A stretch of 36,078 nt of DNA, taken from positions 1 to 36,078 of the forward strand of contig CAJXDX010000003.1 of the NCBI GenBank assembly GCA_913052275.1, read 5' to 3'. The notes beneath the pieces were generated by a model. The model was not told the DNA's origin. It ran no database searches and was given only the letters and a program-made list of their open reading frames with translations. The DNA is from an uncultured Pseudomonadota bacterium (lineage in GTDB: Bacteria > SAR324 > NAC60-12). The translations under genes were made by a program, and so were the position numbers. Shown piece by piece: positions 27,530 to 36,078 of this stretch; the stretch's first letter is position 1, and each line of letters begins with the position of its first letter.

Positions 27530-28552
27530 ATGAAAGAATTACTGCAAAAATTGCTGGCATCAGAAGCGCTCAGCTTTGAAGAAGCACGAGATATGATACT
27601 ATGGATCATGAGTGAAGAAGCTGTGTCTGTTCAGGCGGCAGCACTTTTAGCTTTGCTGCAGGCTAAAGGAGTTACTGTTGAAGAAATGGCTGGAGCGGCT
27701 CTGGCCATGAGGGAACGCGCTTCTGGAATAAAAGCACCTGAAAATGCTATTGACACTTGCAGCACAGGAGGAAATGGAATCAGCACCTTCAACATTTCAA
27801 CATGTGCCGCAATAATCGCTGCCGGTGCCGGTGCGGTTGTAGCAAAACACGGCAACCGCAGCAACACAAGAAAAAGCGGGAGCGCCGAAGCACTGGAAGC
27901 GTTAGGAGTGAATATAACTTTGGAACTTGATGAAGTTGAAAAATGCCTTAAGGATTTGGATATTTGTTTTTGTTACGCGATCAATCACCATCCAGCCATG
28001 CGCTTTGCCGGACCAATACGCAAGGACTTGGGGGTTCCCACTGTATTTAATCTGCTGGGTCCCTTAACAAATCCTGCCGGTGCAAAAAGTCAGTTGATTG
28101 GAGTTCCAAATGTTGAGCTGACTTCGAAAATAGCTCAGGTCCTAAAGCGATTAGGCAGCGAACGTGTACTGGTAGTTCATGGACATGACGGTCTGTGTGA
28201 GCTGACAGTCACTTCCCCTACACATGTGGCAGAACTTAGAGAAGGCAATATCAAAGAATATGAAATAACTCCTAAGCAGCTTGGTCTCAAGACGGGAAAA
28301 TTGGAGGAGATAAGCATAGATACTCCTGAAGAAAGTGCCAGGATAATTGAGCGTATTTTTTCTGGAGATGAGAAAGGCACTGCACGTGAAATTGCTCTGG
28401 CAAATGCCGCCGGTGCGTTAGTCGTATCAGGTCAGGTTGAGAATTTGGAAGAAGGTGTAGATCTGGCAGCTAAGACAGTTGACAATGGAAAAGCAGCAGA
28501 AAAACTTAATGATTTAATCAAGTTTTCATGGGCAAACCATCAGGCTTCGTAA
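27530..28552 (+). CDS. trpD: Anthranilate phosphoribosyltransferase (TrpD family) with variant motifs
   Basis: TFNIST, AKHGNRS, GSAEALEALG, HHPAMR, TVFNLLGPLTNP; variant STGGN and DGLCE motifs. Confidence 0.9.
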   Translation: MKELLQKLLASEALSFEEARDMILWIMSEEAVSVQAAALLALLQAKGVTVEEMAGAALAMRERASGIKAPENAIDTCSTGGNGISTFNISTCAAIIAAGAGAVVAKHGNRSNTRKSGSAEALEALGVNITLELDEVEKCLKDLDICFCYAINHHPAMRFAGPIRKDLGVPTVFNLLGPLTNPAGAKSQLIGVPNVELTSKIAQVLKRLGSERVLVVHGHDGLCELTVTSPTHVAELREGNIKEYEITPKQLGLKTGKLEEISIDTPEESARIIERIFSGDEKGTAREIALANAAGALVVSGQVENLEEGVDLAAKTVDNGKAAEKLNDLIKFSWANHQAS

Positions 28553-28625
28553 ACCAAGATTTTGTTAAACTAATATTCAGGTCCGTAGACTATTGATTTA
28601 TATCAAAAGCAGATGCTCTTAATAG

Positions 28626-29429
28626 TCATACATTACTTTTCAATTTCCGCAAAACTTTCCACATAAGTTCAGGCTCATCAGTGATGATCCCTGTAACCCC
28701 CCATTGAGCCAGCTGCTCAATACGTTTTTCATCATTAATCGTGTAAGCAATTGTTCTGAAACGGTTTGCTTTGAGGATTTCTATAAGAGAAGGAGTTACG
28801 AATCTTTCATCAGGGTGGAAAGAATATGCTTCTGTACCTTTACAGAGTTTTAGAACATTTTCTTCAGAAAATTCTGTTTCCTGGAGTGGGGCGGTTCTGA
28901 GTGAAGTTTGGTTGTTATGTTTGCTGTGCCACAATTTGATTCTGGGAAAGAAGGAGTGCTCAAAACTTGAAATCAGCACAGATTCAGCCATTCCAAACTT
29001 TTCAACCATTATGCATATCTGTTTTTCGATTGCATCGGCAGGACCAGCTGATTCATAGCTTTCCGGTTTGATTTCGATGTTAACTAAAATTTTACCTCTG
29101 ATTTGCAAAAGGATCTCCTCAAGAGTGGGAATTGATTCTCCTTTAAATTCTGGACTGAACCAGCTTCCGGCATCCAGCTTTTTTAATTCTGAGAGTGTGA
29201 CTTCAGACACCAGTCCATGACCGTCAGTAGTTCTTTCCAGGGTTTGATCATGGATTACAACAGGTACACGGTCTTTTGTCAGGCATACATCTAATTCAAT
29301 CATGTCTGCACCTGCTTCTATTGCAGCCTCAAAAGCTGAAACAGTATTTTCAGGATATCTCCCACTATATCCCCTGTGCGCAACTACCCACGGACGTTTT
29401 ATTTTTTCCAGTTTATTTATATTTTCCAT
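28626..29429 (-). CDS. Glycerophosphodiester phosphodiesterase (GDPD, UgpQ-like)
   Basis: VAHRGYSG..PENT..AF, IELDV..TKD..PVVIHD..LERTT, LDAGSWF, NIEIK, ISSF, GIITDEP. Confidence 0.93.
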   Translation of the reverse strand: MENINKLEKIKRPWVVAHRGYSGRYPENTVSAFEAAIEAGADMIELDVCLTKDRVPVVIHDQTLERTTDGHGLVSEVTLSELKKLDAGSWFSPEFKGESIPTLEEILLQIRGKILVNIEIKPESYESAGPADAIEKQICIMVEKFGMAESVLISSFEHSFFPRIKLWHSKHNNQTSLRTAPLQETEFSEENVLKLCKGTEAYSFHPDERFVTPSLIEILKANRFRTIAYTINDEKRIEQLAQWGVTGIITDEPELMWKVLRKLKSNV

Positions 29430-29432
29430 AGA

Positions 29433-29461
29433 TTGACAGGTTATGACGGTTGATATAGTAT
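29433..29461 (+). promoter_or_regulatory. Sigma70-type promoter for the 140-aa gene
   Basis: TTGACA-17 nt-TAGTAT (same -10 hexamer as at 19402). Confidence 0.55.
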
Positions 29462-29543
29462 CAATTGAGATTTTTTCGATACATAAAAACTGCTCATGGA
29501 TGCTTTAAAATATTTCATTTAGTTTTGTAATGTCTGACTTTTT

Positions 29544-29966
29544 ATGTCATCTTCTACAAAAACTGGTTCAACTGACTTTGTAAAATCAAATTTTGAGAAT
29601 GAGGTTGAGTTTTCACAAGTGGTCAAAGATGGAAGACGCATTCTTGAAATTGAAGTTGAATATCAGACTGAGGAATGGGCCTGGACTGGTGATTTAGATG
29701 ATGCAGGAATTTTTATCTTTAGCTATCTATTATATGACTACAAGAAAAAAATTCTGTCTTTACGGCGCTTGAAAGAAAGCGTCTATACTTTGAACCTTTT
29801 ACGGCAAAAGATGATTCCTTCACATGAAAAAACGGGGCTTCCTCTGCTGGAAGATTTTCAGGTTATATTCACCCTTTATGAGAAACTGAAGCATGAAGAA
29901 ATGTCCTGGGAAGATTGTGAAGAATATGTCATGGAGCAAATTTCAGCACATCGCAGGTCCAACTAA
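29544..29966 (+). CDS. Hypothetical acidic cytoplasmic protein
   Basis: 140-aa ORF filling the gap between the GDPD gene and plsX, with its own promoter candidate; no motif recognised. Confidence 0.7.
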   Translation: MSSSTKTGSTDFVKSNFENEVEFSQVVKDGRRILEIEVEYQTEEWAWTGDLDDAGIFIFSYLLYDYKKKILSLRRLKESVYTLNLLRQKMIPSHEKTGLPLLEDFQVIFTLYEKLKHEEMSWEDCEEYVMEQISAHRRSN

Positions 29967-29971
29967 CATCT

Positions 29972-31009
29972 TCACACTTTTTCGACCAGTCTTTTTGCCT
30001 GATTGATGACATCCAGGTTTTCTGATACCTCAAGCGATATTTTTTCATTCAGTTTTTGTTCAGCACATTCCTGTGCGTGTTTAATTGCATTGCGGATTGT
30101 ATGTACTCTGGAGCTTCCGTGACAGATAATTACAATACCGTTTACTCCCAGCAAAGGAGCCCCACCTACTTCAGAGTAGTCAGCTCTTTGACGCAAAGCC
30201 CTGAATGGTCCTCTCATAGCCTGATATCCTATTTTGGCAAGCAAAGTGTTGTCAACTTCTTCTCGAAGAACACTGCGTACAAAATCGAAAGTTCCTTCTG
30301 CAACTTTAAGTGCAATATTCCCGATAAAACCATCACAAACTACTACATCCACAATATCCTTGAACATCGACTTTCCTTCAATGTTGCCTGTAAAGTTAAG
30401 TGTGCTTTGCTTCAGTAAATCATAAGTTTCTTTGAGTTGCAGATAACCTTTGCCTTCCTCCTCACCATTGTTTAGCAAGGCAACCCTGGGATTATCCAGA
30501 TGAAGCGAAGTGCGGGCGTAAGCATCTCCCATAAGTGCAAATTGAAAAAGGTACAGCGGTTTGCAGTCTGTGTTTGCACCTATGTCCAATAGGACGAAGG
30601 GGTGATTCCGATGAATGGAAGGCATGAGAGTGGCAATTGCAGGGCGCTCAATTCCTTCAACAGATTTAAGCACAAATTTCGCGGTGGCCATCGCTGCTCC
30701 AGTATTACCGGCACTTACTACAGCATCTGCTTCGCCTGTTGCAAGAAGATCTACTGCTACTTTGATGGAAGAATTTTTCTTTTGACGTAATGCCGTGGTA
30801 GGAGATTCGTTCATCTCCACTGTTTCAGTGGAATTTACGATGCGTAATTTGTTTTGATCGAAGCTGTGTTGTTTCAGTACTTCTTTGATTTGGTCTTCTG
30901 CTCCAACTAAAACAACTTCTGTACCCAGTTCAGATATTGCCTGCAGAGCAGCTTCAATTTGTACTGTTAAGGGGCTATCTCCTCCCATTGCGTCAACCGC
31001 AATTGCCAT
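29972..31009 (-). CDS. plsX: Phosphate acyltransferase PlsX
   Basis: IAVDAMGGD, VSAGNTGA, IERPAI, LDIGAN, NGEEEGKG, VCDGFIGNIALK, GGAPLLGVNG..ICHGSS. Confidence 0.97.
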   Translation of the reverse strand: MAIAVDAMGGDSPLTVQIEAALQAISELGTEVVLVGAEDQIKEVLKQHSFDQNKLRIVNSTETVEMNESPTTALRQKKNSSIKVAVDLLATGEADAVVSAGNTGAAMATAKFVLKSVEGIERPAIATLMPSIHRNHPFVLLDIGANTDCKPLYLFQFALMGDAYARTSLHLDNPRVALLNNGEEEGKGYLQLKETYDLLKQSTLNFTGNIEGKSMFKDIVDVVVCDGFIGNIALKVAEGTFDFVRSVLREEVDNTLLAKIGYQAMRGPFRALRQRADYSEVGGAPLLGVNGIVIICHGSSRVHTIRNAIKHAQECAEQKLNEKISLEVSENLDVINQAKRLVEKV

Positions 31010-31057
31010 ACTTTATCCTGGTTTGCTGTTGATGATTGAAAGAGCAGAAAAAACAGC

Positions 31058-31240
31058 TCAGGTTGCTGCTACTTCGATGACTTCAACACCCTTGTAAAAT
31101 CCACATTCGGGACATACGCGGTGAGGTCTGATCAATGCGTGACAATTGGTGCATTCAGATAGAGCAGTTTCCGGGATTTTGATATGTCCTCTCCTGTGGT
31201 CTCGTTGACTGCGTGATATTTTCCTTCTTGGTACAGCCAT
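31058..31240 (-). CDS. rpmF: 50S ribosomal protein L32 (Zn-ribbon form)
   Basis: MAVPRRKISRSQRDHRR, CTNC...PHRVCPECGFYKG; upstream of plsX. Confidence 0.97.
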   Translation of the reverse strand: MAVPRRKISRSQRDHRRGHIKIPETALSECTNCHALIRPHRVCPECGFYKGVEVIEVAAT

Positions 31241-31377
31241 GGGTAGTTTTTGTAAGTCTTATAAAAAGTTATGAAATGTTATGTGAATTTAATTCTCTTA
31301 ATGTATAAAAATTATTTTTTTGTCAGCTTGCGCATTTATTAATTTTGAAAAATATAGTTTTTTACTGAATAAGATGG

Positions 31378-31689
31378 TTAACCTTCAGCAGCTTGTATTT
31401 CCTCAAGTGTGCGTGCTGTTGGGAGAGGATCTTTTGCTTCCAGAATGACCGGATATTCCTCACATTTTTCAGCATTTAACGGTGTATAATATTCCCATTT
31501 TTCAGGCACATCCACATCTGCGTAAATTGCCTCTACTGGACATTCCTCGACACAGGCATTGCAATCAATGCAGGTTTCCGGATGTATGTAAAGCATATCC
31601 GGACCCTCGTGAAATGCTTCCACCGGACATACTTCCACACAGTCAGTATATTTACATTTTTCGCAGTTTGCGGTTACAGTATAAGTCAT
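31378..31689 (-). CDS. fdxA: 7Fe ferredoxin (FdxA/Azotobacter FdI type)
   Basis: CEKCKYTDCVEVCPV and IHPETCIDCNACVEECPVEAI, plus the C-terminal extension typical of this family. Confidence 0.9.
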   Translation of the reverse strand: MTYTVTANCEKCKYTDCVEVCPVEAFHEGPDMLYIHPETCIDCNACVEECPVEAIYADVDVPEKWEYYTPLNAEKCEEYPVILEAKDPLPTARTLEEIQAAEG

Positions 31690-31826
31690 TTAAAGTTCTC
31701 TCTTGAATTTCAGTCTAAAATTTTTTAATTCACTTAGGATTTTCTACAGCAAATAATAACCTTTAATACTCACTTATTAACCCTTTAAATTCAAGCTTTT
31801 TATAGTACAAGAAAAATTCTAACGAA

Positions 31827-33116
31827 TTACTCATAACGCAGAGGGTCTACAGGATTGAGCCTTGATGCTTTTGTGGATGGATAAAGTGTAACCAGCATAC
31901 AAATTACAAAAGATGCCAGTGTAGTTAGAGCGACATCAAACCAGTCAATAAGAACTGGGATTCTGTTTCCTCCGGGATAAACACCGGGCGGAATGTCAAT
32001 AATTTCAAAGTTCATTAAAACCCAGCAGATAGCCAAACCCAGCAGTACTCCGCCGATTGTACCAAGTGACCCGATCACTAGTCCCTGAAAAAAAAAGATT
32101 TTCCTGATTCCTGAATCATTTGCACCAAGAGCCTTAAGGATTGCAATTTCTCTGGATTTCTCCAATACAAGCATGATAAGTGAACTGACAATATTGAACG
32201 CAGCCACAACAATTATCAGTGTGAGGATCAGAAAAAGACCGATTTTTTCAAGTTTCATTACCTGAAAGATACTTTTATTTTCGTCTGCCCAGTTGCCGAC
32301 AATATATTCATCACTGAACTCAGCAAATTCATGAGCAATTTCAGGGGCATTTTCAGGATTGCTTATTCGCACACCCAAACCTGTAATATGCTCATTCATG
32401 CGATAAATTTTCTGCAGGAGCCGGTAATCGATAAAGGCAAGCACTTCATCATATCCGGAAATTCCGGATTCAAAAACTCCGATCACCTCCAGTTTTTTAA
32501 TGCGTGGAACATCACCAATTGGAGTCATTCTCTGTTCTGAGGATACCAGTTTTACAGAATCACCCACGCTTGCTTCTAATTGCCTGGCCAGTTTTGCTCC
32601 CAGAATGATTCCGTCTTTGAGTTTTTTCCCCCGAGCTTCCCGGTGTGAGAGCCGCTTCAGAAGTTTTTCCGAAATCAGAGCCTGGTTTTTCTCGGTTGGT
32701 GTAAAACCGTAAACTTCTTCCCGCAGAAATGAAGATATATTTGTAACGCCTGGTTCCTGCTCAGGATCAATACCGCGGAGAAGTGCTCCTTTTGGCTGCT
32801 TTTTCCCTGTGAGCATTACCTGCTTATATATATATGGTGCAACTCCTTCTACTTTTGGATTATCCTCCAATCTTTCTTTCAGTCTGGAATAATCTTTCAT
32901 GCCATCATCCCAGGCAAAAATTGTGATGTGAGGCAACGAACCGGTTACTGCATTTTGTAAATTTGTTCGGAAACCGTTCATGACCGAAGTAGAAACAATC
33001 AGGGCAATCACTCCCAGTGCCACACCTCCTATGGAAATCCAGGTGATGACTGAAATGGAACGATCCTGACGTGGCGAAAACAGGTAGCGCTTGCCAATGA
33101 AAGTTTCGTATCCCAT
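31827..33116 (-). CDS. lolE: Lipoprotein-releasing ABC transporter permease LolC/LolE
   Basis: ISIGGVALGVIALIVSTSVMNGF, LIIVVAAFNIVSSLIMLVLEKSREIAILKALGA, TLYPSTKASRLNPVDPLRYE. Confidence 0.9.
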   Translation of the reverse strand: MGYETFIGKRYLFSPRQDRSISVITWISIGGVALGVIALIVSTSVMNGFRTNLQNAVTGSLPHITIFAWDDGMKDYSRLKERLEDNPKVEGVAPYIYKQVMLTGKKQPKGALLRGIDPEQEPGVTNISSFLREEVYGFTPTEKNQALISEKLLKRLSHREARGKKLKDGIILGAKLARQLEASVGDSVKLVSSEQRMTPIGDVPRIKKLEVIGVFESGISGYDEVLAFIDYRLLQKIYRMNEHITGLGVRISNPENAPEIAHEFAEFSDEYIVGNWADENKSIFQVMKLEKIGLFLILTLIIVVAAFNIVSSLIMLVLEKSREIAILKALGANDSGIRKIFFFQGLVIGSLGTIGGVLLGLAICWVLMNFEIIDIPPGVYPGGNRIPVLIDWFDVALTTLASFVICMLVTLYPSTKASRLNPVDPLRYE

Positions 33117-33119
33117 CAG

Positions 33120-35768
33120 TTAATTTGCCAGTTTTTCACGCACAATTTTCGTTGCCGCTGCTAATGCACCGGGAAGCTTTTCCGGTGCTTTGATACCTGC
33201 TTGTGCCATATTTGACTTACCTCCGCCTCGTCCATCCGCAAGCTGTGCAACCTCATTCACCATATCACCAGCCTTAATTCCCCGCTTAATCAGGTCATCT
33301 GAAACAACACAAAGCAAGGTGCTTTTCTCGTCCATCGTTGCAGCCAGCCAGGCAATCCCTGAAGAAATTTGTTCCCGAACAGAATGACCTATATTCCGGA
33401 GAGTGTCTGCAGAATCTGCCTCAATTTCCTTTGCAAGCACGGACACCCCTTCAACTTTTTCAGCCTGCGCCACCAGTTCTGATACGCCTGCAAGGGCGGC
33501 CTTGCTCCTCAAGGATTGAACTTCTTTTTCCAGCAGTCTTTTTTCTTCTGCAAGCTTTTCTGCCATTTCCGGAATTTGTGCCTCAGGAACATTCAGCAGT
33601 TGGCGCAGTGCACGAGCAACTCTGCCCTGCTCCTGAGCCATCAATTCTGCCTGTTTTCCAGTTACAGCAACAACCCTCCTGATTCCGGCGGCAATTCCCT
33701 CTTCAGAAACTATACGGAACTGTCCAATCTGTCCTGTAGCTTTTACATGGCAGCCTCCGCAAAGTTCTTCTGAAAAATCAGAGATTTTTACTACTCTGAC
33801 AACATCTCCGTATTTTTCACCAAACAATGCTATTATTCCGGAACTGATTGCCTCGTCAAAAGGTGTTTCATAAATGTCTGTGGTAATGTTCTGGCGGATG
33901 ACCAAATTGACTATGTTCTCAATTTCTTCCAGCTGTGTGTCACTCACTTTTTCAAAATGTGTAAAGTCAAACCTTACGATTTCCGGATTGACCAGAGAAC
34001 CCGCCTGAGTCACGTGTTCGCCTAATACCTGCCGCAGTGCTTCATGCATCAGGTGTGCGGCAGTATGATTGTTTGTTGTTGATAAGCGTGATTTTTCATC
34101 TACTGATGCAGTAATTATTGAATTATCAGGGACAATGTTTTTTAAGTTTTTATTTTCAACCTCACAGATATGAATAATTGAATCGCCCATTTTCTGAACA
34201 TCTACCACCTTCCAGGTATTATCATTCTGCTGCAGAATGCCATGGTCACCAACCTGACCGCCTGATTCTGCATAAAATGGAGTTGTGTCCAAAATAAACT
34301 GCCATTGCCCGGATTCATTTTGTGAAAAGCGACGCAGTTTAGATTCTGTTATGAAAGTATCATAGCCCACAAATTTTGAATCCGGGCCTTCAGAAATTTC
34401 ACTCCATTTGTCTGGAATTGTCTTAAACTTGCCAGCTTCGCGTGCCCGTTCCTGTTGCTCTTTCATCAATTTTTCAAAACCCTTTTCATCAACTTCAAAT
34501 CCATGTTCCTTGCTCATCAGGCGGGTCAGATCAACAGGGAAACCATAAGTGTCATAAAGCTTAAAAGCATCTTCACCTGAAATCATCTTTGAAGATTTTG
34601 TTTCAGAGCTTGAAACCATTTTCTGAAAAATTTCCAATCCGCGGTCCAGGGTCGAACCGAAACTGGTCTCTTCTGCCTGAATAACGTTTTGCACATGTTT
34701 CTGCTGTTTATTGATTTCCGGGAAAGCATTACCCATTACTTCTGCCAGAGTGGGAACCAGTTTATAAATAAAGGGCTCATGCATGTTTAAAACTCTTCCG
34801 AATCTCGTAGCACGCCGCAACATTCTACGCAGCACATAGCCTCGACCTTCATTTGAAGGCAGCGCTCCGTCCGCAACGGCAAAACTCAGTGAACGCAAAT
34901 GATCAGCAATAACTCGAAAAGCAACACTGGCATCGCCCCCTGAATCTGCCTGTCCAGTCACTTCACTGATTTTATCCATAATTGGTACAAAAAGATCTGT
35001 GCTGTAATTTGAATCAACTTCCTGAAGAACTCGGCAAATTCGCTCCAGTCCCATTCCAGTATCTACATGCTGAGCTGTAAGCTCTTCCAGATGTCCGTCC
35101 GCAAAACGCTGATATTGCATGAAAACCAGATTCCAAAGCTCTACAAACCGCCAGCATCCTTCAAGGTTGACTGCACACTCATGCTTGTCTGAGAGTGGGC
35201 ATGTGCCCTGTCCCAGATCAATATGCAGCTCAGAACAAGGACCGCACGGACCTACTTCACCCATTTCCCAGAAGTTGTCATGTTTGTCGAAACGCAGAAC
35301 CTGTTCTGAAGCAATATCTGTACAGGTCTTCCAGATGTTCTCAGCATCTTCATCAGCTTCAACACCATCTCCTCCAGCAAAAACCGTGGCCCACATTTTT
35401 TCTTTGGGCAGCCCCCATTCTTCAGTCATTAATTCCCATGCCCATTCTATGGCCTCTTTTTTAAAATAGTCCCCGAAAGACCAGTTGCCAAGCATCTCAA
35501 AAAATGTATGGTGGTAATTGTCATATCCCACATCCTCCAGATCATTGTGCTTGCCGCTGGCCCTTATGCATTTTTGCGAATTAACCGCACGGTTGTAATC
35601 CCGTATTCCAGTTCCTAAAAACACATCTTTAAACTGTGCCATTCCGGAATTTGAAAAAAGCAGAGTTGGGTCGTCATTTGGAACAACAGGGGCACTGCGG
35701 ACAAAACGATGACCGCGTTTTTCAAAAAAAGAGATGAATTCCTGTCGTATTTGCTTTGAATTTTTCAT
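33120..35768 (-). CDS. alaS: Alanine--tRNA ligase
   Basis: DPTLLF.NSGM.QFK, HHTFFEMLGNWSFGDYFK, DTGMGLER, NEGRGYVLRR, editing HTAAH and ELCGGCH, DHHA1 GRGGGK. Confidence 0.98.
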   Translation of the reverse strand: MKNSKQIRQEFISFFEKRGHRFVRSAPVVPNDDPTLLFSNSGMAQFKDVFLGTGIRDYNRAVNSQKCIRASGKHNDLEDVGYDNYHHTFFEMLGNWSFGDYFKKEAIEWAWELMTEEWGLPKEKMWATVFAGGDGVEADEDAENIWKTCTDIASEQVLRFDKHDNFWEMGEVGPCGPCSELHIDLGQGTCPLSDKHECAVNLEGCWRFVELWNLVFMQYQRFADGHLEELTAQHVDTGMGLERICRVLQEVDSNYSTDLFVPIMDKISEVTGQADSGGDASVAFRVIADHLRSLSFAVADGALPSNEGRGYVLRRMLRRATRFGRVLNMHEPFIYKLVPTLAEVMGNAFPEINKQQKHVQNVIQAEETSFGSTLDRGLEIFQKMVSSSETKSSKMISGEDAFKLYDTYGFPVDLTRLMSKEHGFEVDEKGFEKLMKEQQERAREAGKFKTIPDKWSEISEGPDSKFVGYDTFITESKLRRFSQNESGQWQFILDTTPFYAESGGQVGDHGILQQNDNTWKVVDVQKMGDSIIHICEVENKNLKNIVPDNSIITASVDEKSRLSTTNNHTAAHLMHEALRQVLGEHVTQAGSLVNPEIVRFDFTHFEKVSDTQLEEIENIVNLVIRQNITTDIYETPFDEAISSGIIALFGEKYGDVVRVVKISDFSEELCGGCHVKATGQIGQFRIVSEEGIAAGIRRVVAVTGKQAELMAQEQGRVARALRQLLNVPEAQIPEMAEKLAEEKRLLEKEVQSLRSKAALAGVSELVAQAEKVEGVSVLAKEIEADSADTLRNIGHSVREQISSGIAWLAATMDEKSTLLCVVSDDLIKRGIKAGDMVNEVAQLADGRGGGKSNMAQAGIKAPEKLPGALAAATKIVREKLAN

Positions 35769-35855
35769 GCAGTGATTATTAATAAAGCGGTATATGTATT
35801 CTATGAACAGATGCCCAGGGGCAGGAGGAGGGACTGGTCTTTTAAGCCAGCATTT

Positions 35856-35887
35856 ACTGCCGAATTATGGCTATGGCATCCGGCAGT
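35856..35887 (-). terminator. Hairpin downstream of rpsD and upstream of alaS
   Basis: Minus-strand ACUGCCGGAU...AUUCGGCAGU 10-bp stem (one G-U pair) 14 nt after the rpsD stop; no U-tract, so termination is uncertain. Confidence 0.4.
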
Positions 35888-35901
35888 CTATTGTTCAAGA
35901 A

Positions 35902-36078
35902 TCAACGGGCCATGAATTCCACAACAAGGTGATCTTCAACATCAATTGGAATTTCCTCTCGTTCAGGTACCTCCACAAGTGTACCGGAAAATTTTTTGCT
36001 GTCTCGCTGAATATAAGCTAATGTTTGCTCAAAGAAATTGAACCAATCCTTGTATCGGTCCACTTTTTGACTTTTCTC
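35902..36078 (-). CDS. rpsD: 30S ribosomal protein S4, C-terminal 58 aa (gene runs off the window)
   Basis: My translation of the minus strand from 36078 gives EKSQKVDRYKDWFNFFEQTLAYIQRDSKKFSGTLVEVPEREEIPIDVEDHLVVEFMAR*, matching the S4 C-terminus (G....PeReei...v.e.LvVEfysr). Confidence 0.85.
   Translation of the reverse strand, partial: EKSQKVDRYKDWFNFFEQTLAYIQRDSKKFSGTLVEVPEREEIPIDVEDHLVVEFMAR

Noticed and set aside
72-35469. Numerous 60-150 aa ORFs nested in or antisense to pal, tatA, hemL, lon, carB, mrcA, tolA, amidase, cimA, trpD, plsX, lolE and alaS
   Set aside because: They overlap well-supported genes and have no motifs; expected shadow ORFs.
35769-35901. T-box riboswitch or tRNA upstream of alaS
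   Set aside because: Too short, no T-box UGGNACC motif on the sense strand, and no cloverleaf or TTC T-loop.
35794-36021. 75-aa plus-strand ORF
   Set aside because: Antisense shadow of the rpsD 3' end and spacer; no recognisable motif.

Overview
AT-rich (roughly 40% GC by eye) bacterial core-genome window with deltaproteobacteria-like proteins; a SAR324-type marine lineage is plausible but is inference only. It carries about 35 CDS. Envelope genes: a split and rearranged Tol-Pal system (pal-tolQ-tolR at the left edge, tolA-tolB 14 kb away), tatA, PBP1A, a tandem LysM-protein/LysM-amidase pair and lolC/E. Housekeeping and metabolic genes: hemL, lon, carB, HU, citramalate/isopropylmalate synthase, trpD, GDPD, plsX, rpmF, a 7Fe ferredoxin, alaS, an orphan fliN, and the 3' end of a stand-alone rpsD missed by the ORF track. 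I saw no rRNA, tRNA, CRISPR array, transposase or integrase. The most unusual items are: (1) a NadD-like adenylyltransferase fused to a PncC/CinA-C domain with altered catalytic motifs in both halves, directly upstream of a TrpD whose PRPP/Mg motifs are also altered; (2) a non-catalytic LysM paralogue in tandem with its amidase behind a sigma54-like promoter; (3) a Pal with a long Pro/Cys/acidic repetitive linker; (4) a SutA-like small protein with a duplicated RBS; and (5) a membrane-anchored protein with a phage MuF-like Cys/His motif upstream of PBP1A. All family calls come from motif recognition by eye; no database searches were run.
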